The notes under the pieces were generated by a model. The model searched no databases and had not been told where the DNA came from. It saw nothing but the letters and a program-made list of their open reading frames with translations. Source: an uncultured bacterium (GTDB lineage Bacteria > Acidobacteriota > Thermoanaerobaculia > Multivoradales > JAHZIX01). From it: a stretch of DNA of 64,000 nt. A program made the position numbers and the translations under genes. How positions within the stretch are numbered: position 1 is the first letter of the stretch; each line of letters starts with the position of its first letter. The stretch covers positions 288,001 to 352,000 of the forward strand of contig CBDUPA010000003.1 in NCBI GenBank assembly GCA_965368975.1, in the 5' to 3' direction. Shown in pieces: positions 57,799 through 64,000 of this stretch.

Positions 57799-58370
57799 CG
57801 TAGGAGCTCCAGCAGCGGGGTTTCGAAGGTGTCTCGGATTTCACGCCGGACGCGGTCCGGATCGCTCGCGAACATGGCATGGACATAGAGAACGCGACGC
57901 CCGCCGGTGAAGCAGACGTCGAGGCTCAGCGTGCCGGGTGTCAGTGTGACGAGGTTGGCGAGCAGCGTCAGCTCGAGTTCCGTCTCGGCACGCAAGGAGA
58001 TCGCTAGCACGCCGGGGTTGGCGTAGCGATGACGCGTCAGCACGTCGTGGGCAACCTGCAGGTTGGCGCGCACGAGGGCACCCGCAAAGCGCAGGGCGAA
58101 GAGCAGGAGCTTGGGTACCTTGGCGGTGTAGCTCAGTCCCTGTGGTTGGCTACCCTGAGCTGCTCGCGCGGAAGGTCCGCTGTTGCCGCTGTGCTTACCG
58201 GCGTGGGGGGCTCTGCTGCCCGGGCGCGAAGTGCGGCTCAGTCGCTCAGCGCAAGCCAGCAGAGGGTAGCCGAGCAGGAAACCGACAAACAGCTGCGGCA
58301 GCGTCACTTCGCCGACGAGCAGCGTCCAAGTGAAGGCGAGAAGTACGTTCAGCGCGAGGCCGGCTCTCAT
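57795..58370 (-). CDS. mrpE: Mrp antiporter subunit E
   Basis: ANLQVA, LLANLVTLTPGTLSLD, LYVHAM. Contains a low-complexity insert. Confidence 0.9.
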   Translation of the reverse strand: MRAGLALNVLLAFTWTLLVGEVTLPQLFVGFLLGYPLLACAERLSRTSRPGSRAPHAGKHSGNSGPSARAAQGSQPQGLSYTAKVPKLLLFALRFAGALVRANLQVAHDVLTRHRYANPGVLAISLRAETELELTLLANLVTLTPGTLSLDVCFTGGRRVLYVHAMFASDPDRVRREIRDTFETPLLELLR

Positions 58371-59986
58371 GGAACCTCTCCCAGCGAACCGCCCAGCGCC
58401 GGATCCCCCGGCAGGGGTGCTCCCGGCAGGGCTGCTTCCAGGGCAGCGTCTCCCAACACCGCCCGGATGTAGGCGTCCCGGTCGAGGAGTTGCGCGCCGG
58501 CTTCCTGTGACAGTTCGAGCAGTGGGCCAGCGAAGACGGCGATCCCCAGACTGACGGCGGTCAGCAGTAGGACCGGCAGCAGCAGGGCGCCGAGGACCGG
58601 CATTGGTGGTCGGCTGCCCGTGCCGCTGAGTTCCTGTTCGACACGCGTGTCGACGCCCCAGTAGACCTCGCTCCAGATCTTGGTCATTGACAGCAGCGTC
58701 AGCAAGCCGACCCCGAGGGCACACGCGGCAATGACGTACTGCTCGGCCCGCAGGCTGGCCTGGATCAGCACGAGCTTGGCCCAGAAGCCGGAGAAAGGTG
58801 GCAGCCCGGCGAGCGAGAGTGCCGAGATGGCGAACAGCACAGCGACGCCTGGCCGACTGTGGAGCAGGCCACCCAGTTGCGCCAAGCGACCGGTGGTGCG
58901 CAGGCGGTAGATCAGGCCGGCGATCAAGAAGAGGTTCGTCTTCACCACGATGTGGTGGACGATGTAGAAAATCGAGCCGGCGAGCGCCAGCGGTGTCAGC
59001 AGCGCCAGCCCGAGCAACATGTAGCCGATCTGGCTGACAATATGAAACGACAGGATCTGTCGGACCTCATTCTGCGCCACGGCTCCGAGCACGCCGAAGA
59101 CCATGGTCAAACCTGCCAACCAGAGCAGGAGCAAGTGCGTCAGGCCGAGATCTTCGACGAAGAGTGTCGCGAAGATGCGCACGATGGCGTAGACGCCGAC
59201 CTTGGTCAGCAAGCCGGCGAACAACGCTGAGATCACGGGCGGTGGAGTCGGGTAGGAGGCCGGGAGCCAGAAGTAGAGCGGGAAGATCGCCGCCTTGAGC
59301 CCAAAGGCGAGCAGGAAGAGGAGCGCGATCGGTGTTAGTCGCTCGGGTTCGCTCATGCTGCTCAGGCGCAGCGCCAGATCTGCTAGGTTGAGCGTCCCGA
59401 CGCTGCCGTAGAGCAGACCGAGCGCGGCCAGGAAGAAGGTGCTCGAGAGCATGTTGAGCACGAAGTAGCGAATGGCTCCTTCCATCTGTCGCTTCTCGCC
59501 GCCCAGCGCCAGCAGGACGAAGGAACTGAGCAGCAGGACCTCGAACCAGACGTACAGGTTGAACAGGTCACCGGTCAGGAAAGCGCCGGTGACACCGAGC
59601 AGCAAGAACAGGAAGAGAGGATAGAAGCCGAAGCCTTCACGCTTGCGATCCTGGGCCGAGATGTCGAAGGTGGCAAACGCGTAGAGCAGCACAGCCAGCC
59701 CGGCGATCGAGGCCACCACCAGCAGCATGGCGGAGAAGAGATCCGCCGCCAGGGTGATACCGAACGGGGCCGGCCAGCCGCCGGCCTGCGCGCTCAGGAT
59801 GCCGCGCTCCTGCACCGCGCGCAGAAGCACGACGGCACTGCACAGGAGACCTACGGCACCGATCAGGGCCAGTGCCCGCTGGCGTCGAGGGTGACGCCAG
59901 GCGAGCAGTGACAGCGCGGCGGTGGCCAGCGGCCAGAGCAACGGTAAGGCGAGCAGCAAGTCGGCGCGCGCGTGCGGCGAGAACAC
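58367..59986 (-). CDS. mrpD: Mrp antiporter subunit D
   Basis: GGWPAPFGI, GDLFNLYVWFE, FWLPASY, LLTKVGVY, GLPPFSGFWAK. Confidence 0.95.
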   Translation of the reverse strand: MFSPHARADLLLALPLLWPLATAALSLLAWRHPRRQRALALIGAVGLLCSAVVLLRAVQERGILSAQAGGWPAPFGITLAADLFSAMLLVVASIAGLAVLLYAFATFDISAQDRKREGFGFYPLFLFLLLGVTGAFLTGDLFNLYVWFEVLLLSSFVLLALGGEKRQMEGAIRYFVLNMLSSTFFLAALGLLYGSVGTLNLADLALRLSSMSEPERLTPIALLFLLAFGLKAAIFPLYFWLPASYPTPPPVISALFAGLLTKVGVYAIVRIFATLFVEDLGLTHLLLLWLAGLTMVFGVLGAVAQNEVRQILSFHIVSQIGYMLLGLALLTPLALAGSIFYIVHHIVVKTNLFLIAGLIYRLRTTGRLAQLGGLLHSRPGVAVLFAISALSLAGLPPFSGFWAKLVLIQASLRAEQYVIAACALGVGLLTLLSMTKIWSEVYWGVDTRVEQELSGTGSRPPMPVLGALLLPVLLLTAVSLGIAVFAGPLLELSQEAGAQLLDRDAYIRAVLGDAALEAALPGAPLPGDPALGGSLGEVP

Positions 59987-59989
59987 TGG

Positions 59990-60337
59990 TCAGCCCTCCG
60001 GTGATCCCAGGCGGTCCAGGTCGTCGTGGCCGACGGCGTCGTGCGCTCGGTAGAAGAGCACCACGGCGAAGGCAATGATGGCGAAGCCGATGACCAGTGC
60101 GGTAAGAACGAGCGCCTGGGGTAAGGGATCGGCGTACGGCAGTGTCAACGCCTCGGCGCCTTCGGGTATCAGAGGCGGTCGGCCGCGCGTCAAGCGGGCA
60201 CTGACGAAGAGCAGCAGGTGTGCGGCATGTCCGAGAAAGATCAGTCCCAGGATGACCCTGACCGGTGTGCGCCGCAGGATCAAGTAGAAGCCAGCGGCGT
60301 AGAGAGCGCCGATGACGACGGCGAAGAGAACGTGCAT
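59990..60337 (-). CDS. mrpC: Mrp antiporter subunit C
   Basis: ADPLPQALVLTALVIGFA. Confidence 0.93.
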   Translation of the reverse strand: MHVLFAVVIGALYAAGFYLILRRTPVRVILGLIFLGHAAHLLLFVSARLTRGRPPLIPEGAEALTLPYADPLPQALVLTALVIGFAIIAFAVVLFYRAHDAVGHDDLDRLGSPEG

Positions 60338-60339
60338 CT

Positions 60340-60765
60340 TCAGTCTTCCTCCGCCAGTGCGAAGACCACCCACAGGGTGACGCCGAGAACGAGCAGGTAG
60401 ACGCCGAGGTCGAAGAGCAGCGGGGTACCCAGCTTCAGCGGCCCGAGAGACGGGAGGGTTACCGTGGTCCAGGCAGGAGCCAGCAGCGGTCGGCCCAGCA
60501 GCAATTGCCAGCTGCCGCTGGCCAACGCAGTGAGTAGACCGATCGCGGACAGGGTTCTCGGCTCGACTCCCAGGCTGGCCCGCGCGCGCAGCGGGCCGTG
60601 CGAGAAGATCAGCAGTGCGAACGCTGCGGCAGCCGTCAGCGCACCGATGAAGCCACCGCCCGGTTGGTTGTGGCCGGTCAGTAACAAGAAGATCGAGAAC
60701 AGCAGCAACAGGGGCTGGAGCAGTCGCGCTGCGGTGCGCAGCACCAGCGAGCCCATGACCTCCAT
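60340..60765 (-). CDS. mrpB: Mrp antiporter subunit B
   Basis: [18 protein letters not shown]. Confidence 0.93.
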   Translation of the reverse strand: MEVMGSLVLRTAARLLQPLLLLFSIFLLLTGHNQPGGGFIGALTAAAAFALLIFSHGPLRARASLGVEPRTLSAIGLLTALASGSWQLLLGRPLLAPAWTTVTLPSLGPLKLGTPLLFDLGVYLLVLGVTLWVVFALAEED

Positions 60766-63290
60766 CAGTGACGTCCTCCGCTCTTGCGCGCGCCCAGCGA
60801 TGAGCCTCCCGGCGGCTTCAGACGCAGCAGGGCATAGACACCCAAGCCCGCCAGCGCGACGACGGTGAGTTCTCCCAGCGTGTCGAGAGCCCGAAAGTCG
60901 ACCAGGATCACATTGACCACATTGCGTCCATGGCCGGCGGGCACGCTCTGCTCGGCGAAGAAGGCGGAGATCGCAGCATCGGTCCCGGCGGCTCCTGGCC
61001 CCGTCACGGCTAGCGAGTGGAGGTCGAGCGCCAGCAGCACCAGGGTAGTCATCAAGACTCCGGCGCCCGAGGCCAGCAGGGCGTCGCGTCGGCGACGCGA
61101 CGGGGAGGAGAAGCGTTCAAAGTGCGGCAAGTGGTAGAAGGCGAGGACCAGGAGCACCACTGTCAAGGTCTCGGTCACCATCAAGGTCATCGCGAGGTCG
61201 GGAGCCCCGAAAAGCAGGAAGAGGGCAGCCACGGCGAAGCCGACGACGCCGAGAGCAGTGACCGCTGCCAGGCGATGTGTCGCTGTCACCGCGACGCCGG
61301 CAGCACCGAGAAGGATTCCTGCCAGCGCGACAGCAGAGAAGAGGAGAGGCGTGTCGGCCAGCTGCTGCAGCCCTGCCGTCGGCGATTCTGGAACTGCACG
61401 CAAGAGCAGACCGGTTCCGAGCAGGACGACGGTACTGGTGATCACCAGGCGCAAGTGCCAGCCAAGCGTTCCGCCTTGTAGCTTGCGGCTCTGCCAGCTC
61501 GCAAAGCGCAGCACACCCGAAACGCCGGCTTGCCAGGTACGCACCGGCAGCTCACCGAGCCCCTGCTGCAGCCAGCCGAGGTGCCCACGGCTGCGCTCAC
61601 GCCAGCGCTGGCCGGCGGTGGAGACGTGGAAGAGATAGAGCAAGACGCCGCTGGCCAGGACCGTCATCTTGAGCACGAAGGCAAGGCTGCCGTAGCCGGC
61701 GGGATCGTCAGCCAGCATCACGGCTCGACCCTGGACGTTCGATGTCGCGGGTTCGACCCACCACTGACCGGGCCAGCTCTTGACCGTGCCGAAGACGAAG
61801 CCGATGACGCCCAGCAGCACCGGTGCCAACCACAGCTCGGTCGGTAGAGGCCTGCGCACCGGCGTCGGCGGTCTGCCGTCGGCGGCCAGGAACGGGCGCA
61901 CCCCGGAGAGGCCGGCGGCGACCACGGTCCACACGCTGACCAGCAAGACCAGGGCGACGATCCAGACTGGACAGCGCGTGCTCTCCAACGTCGCCTGCAG
62001 CAGGGTCTCCTTGCCCAGAAAACCGTAGAAGAGCGGCGCACCTGCCATCGACAGTGCGGCTAGTATCGCGGCGACAGCGAGCCCTGGGAACTGCCGGCCG
62101 GCTTGCGACAGTTCTTCCACGTCGCGGGTGCCAGTGGCGTAGTCGAGCGCACCGGTGGTCAGGAACAGGGTGCTCTTGTACAGTGCGTGAGCCAGGATCA
62201 GCACCACGACTGCCTTTTCCGCGGTGTCGGCGTCGAGAGCGAGCAGGAAGAACAGTGTCCCGAGCACGCTCACCGTGGAGTAGGCCAGCACGCGCTTGAG
62301 ATCGCGATGGCGCAGGGCCAGCCAGGCGCCGACCAGCATCGTCGTGATGCCGAGGCTCGCCAGCAGCGTGAACCATTCGGAGGTACCGCCAAGGACCGGA
62401 TGCAGGCGCGCCAAGAGGTAGACACCTGCTTTCACCATGGTGGAGGAGTGTAGGTAAGCGCTGGCAGGCGCCGGTGCGGACATGGCTCCGGGCAACCAGA
62501 AGTGAAAGGGGAACTGCGCCGACTTGGTGGCCGCACCGAGGACGATCAGCAGGAGCAGTGGCAGGTACAGTGGATGGCTGTGCAACTGCTGCCGCCAGGC
62601 AGGATCGGTGGCTGCCTGCAGCAATTCCGAGATCGAGCCGGTGCCGCTCGCGAGTACCAGCAGGAGCAAGCCAGCGAGCAGACCCAGACCACCGAGCGCG
62701 GTGACCAGCAAGGCCTGGAGGGCAGCCTTGCGCGCTGCCTCGCGACGATGACCGAAGCCGATCAGCAAGTAGGAACTGATGCTGGTCAATTCCCAGAACA
62801 GGAACAGCAGCAGCAGATCGTCGGCCAGCACCAGGCCCAGCATGGACGCCATGAAGGCGAACAGTGGACCGAGGAAGCGTCCACGATCGCGGCTGTTGTC
62901 AAAGTAGGCACCGGCATAGAGCACCACCAAGCCGCCAATAGCGCACACCAGCAGCGCGAAGAGCAGGCTCAGGCCATCGAGCCGGAACGCCAGGTCGATG
63001 CGCGGCAGGCCGAGATTACTGCCCGCGATCCACGGGTGCTGCCAGTGTTCGAAGGCGCCCTCGGTCACACTCGCGGTGCGGCGGGCGAACTCGGCCGCCC
63101 AGGCGAGGGGGACCAAGGCCAGGAGCCTGGGCGCCCAGGTTCCGGCCGTGCCTGGAGTCTTGCCACCGGGCCGCTCGGGGCCGCTGCCCGCATCCCGAGT
63201 GCCGCCGTGTGATTCCAGCGAGGCAGCCCAGCGGCAGAAAGGCGCCGCAAGCAGCGCGAGTAAGAAGAGCGACAGGATAGCGGCGAGCAC
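60765..63290 (-). CDS. mrpA: Mrp antiporter subunit A
   Basis: [73 protein letters not shown]. Confidence 0.96.
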   Translation of the reverse strand: MLAAILSLFLLALLAAPFCRWAASLESHGGTRDAGSGPERPGGKTPGTAGTWAPRLLALVPLAWAAEFARRTASVTEGAFEHWQHPWIAGSNLGLPRIDLAFRLDGLSLLFALLVCAIGGLVVLYAGAYFDNSRDRGRFLGPLFAFMASMLGLVLADDLLLLFLFWELTSISSYLLIGFGHRREAARKAALQALLVTALGGLGLLAGLLLLVLASGTGSISELLQAATDPAWRQQLHSHPLYLPLLLLIVLGAATKSAQFPFHFWLPGAMSAPAPASAYLHSSTMVKAGVYLLARLHPVLGGTSEWFTLLASLGITTMLVGAWLALRHRDLKRVLAYSTVSVLGTLFFLLALDADTAEKAVVVLILAHALYKSTLFLTTGALDYATGTRDVEELSQAGRQFPGLAVAAILAALSMAGAPLFYGFLGKETLLQATLESTRCPVWIVALVLLVSVWTVVAAGLSGVRPFLAADGRPPTPVRRPLPTELWLAPVLLGVIGFVFGTVKSWPGQWWVEPATSNVQGRAVMLADDPAGYGSLAFVLKMTVLASGVLLYLFHVSTAGQRWRERSRGHLGWLQQGLGELPVRTWQAGVSGVLRFASWQSRKLQGGTLGWHLRLVITSTVVLLGTGLLLRAVPESPTAGLQQLADTPLLFSAVALAGILLGAAGVAVTATHRLAAVTALGVVGFAVAALFLLFGAPDLAMTLMVTETLTVVLLVLAFYHLPHFERFSSPSRRRRDALLASGAGVLMTTLVLLALDLHSLAVTGPGAAGTDAAISAFFAEQSVPAGHGRNVVNVILVDFRALDTLGELTVVALAGLGVYALLRLKPPGGSSLGARKSGGRH

Positions 63291-63312
63291 GATGCTGGTC
63301 AGGCCATCTCTG

Positions 63313-64000
63313 TCAGGTCATTTCGACGACGATCTTGCCCAGGGCTCCACCCCCGGCCATCGCCGCGTACGCGTCGGCGATGTCGCTGAAGGGCAGGACG
63401 CGGTCGATCGTCGGTTTCAAACGTCCGTCCGCGAGGCGCGGTAGTCCGAAGTCGCGAAACGAAGCGACCAGCTCACTCTTCTCAGCGCGCGAGCGTCCCC
63501 GCAGTACCGAGCCCACCAGGTGTAGGCGCTTGCGCAGGATCAGGCCGAGGTCGAGCTCCGCCCGTCGACCGGCAAGCAGGCCCAGCAGCACCAGGCGACC
63601 GCGCGGTGCCAGCACCTCCAGCGACCGAGCCAAGTGTTCTCCGCCAACCAGGTCGAGCACCAGTTGGATGCCGGCATCGCCCTCGGCGCCGGTCACCCGG
63701 TGCACTTGCTCGACGAAGTTCTCACCGAGCAGGATCAGCTCGTCCGCCCCCAGAGCCAGCAGCGGCTCCAGTCGGTGGCGGTTGCGGCCGGCCGCCAGGG
63801 TGCGAGCGCCCAGCTCGCGAGCCAGCTGCACCGCGAAGGTCCCCATGCCGGACGAGGCGCCGAGAATGAGCACCGTCTCGCCGCGTTGCAGCTTGCCCTC
63901 GGCGACCAGATTGGTCCAACCGGTCAGCGCCGCTTCCGGCACTGCCGCGGCCTGGGCCCAGGTGAAATTCTCGGGGACTGGTAGCAACTGGCCGGACGGC
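63313..64000 (-). CDS. NAD(P)H-quinone oxidoreductase, MDR/PIG3-like (5'-truncated by the window edge)
   Basis: AAAVPEAALTGW, GETVLILGASSGMG, LDLVGG, GSVLRGRS, GKIV. Confidence 0.88.
   Translation of the reverse strand, partial: PSGQLLPVPENFTWAQAAAVPEAALTGWTNLVAEGKLQRGETVLILGASSGMGTFAVQLARELGARTLAAGRNRHRLEPLLALGADELILLGENFVEQVHRVTGAEGDAGIQLVLDLVGGEHLARSLEVLAPRGRLVLLGLLAGRRAELDLGLILRKRLHLVGSVLRGRSRAEKSELVASFRDFGLPRLADGRLKPTIDRVLPFSDIADAYAAMAGGGALGKIVVEMT

Noticed and set aside
1-64000. tRNA, rRNA, transposase, integrase or prophage genes
   Set aside because: None were recognised by eye; covariance-model searches were not possible.

Overview
High-GC bacterial chromosomal window. The gene style (CHAT/TPR module, DUF1800/DUF1501 pair, FxDxFESG tail) suggests an Acidobacteriota/Thermoanaerobaculia-like organism, but this is inference only. 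Housekeeping blocks: aceE-aceF-lpdA, a GT2/LAB_N/ArnT lipid-modification operon, tsaE-tsaB-tsaD, ccsA-hemA-hemC-hemD, dnaE-rsmD-pncB and mrpA-G plus ppx. The most notable accessory loci are: (1) a four-gene putative protease signalling module at 60-7145, with a secreted beta-propeller/LamG protein, a very divergent sigma-like protein, a translationally coupled membrane partner and a convergent PDZ-TPR-CHAT lipoprotein; (2) an operon of an N-terminally extended class I-type HMG-CoA reductase, a UbiB/ABC1 kinase and an acyltransferase; (3) a DUF3179-type gene split by an in-frame TGA with a SECIS-like hairpin (probable selenoprotein, UxxA motif), sitting where oleA would be in front of oleBCD; (4) a tandemly duplicated pair of a small secreted Cys/His-tailed protein and a PA-domain zinc metallopeptidase, possibly a propeptide encoded in trans; (5) a tsaEBD set with many non-canonical motif residues. 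No rRNA, tRNA, CRISPR array or transposase was recognised. All family calls come from motif recognition by eye, not from database searches.
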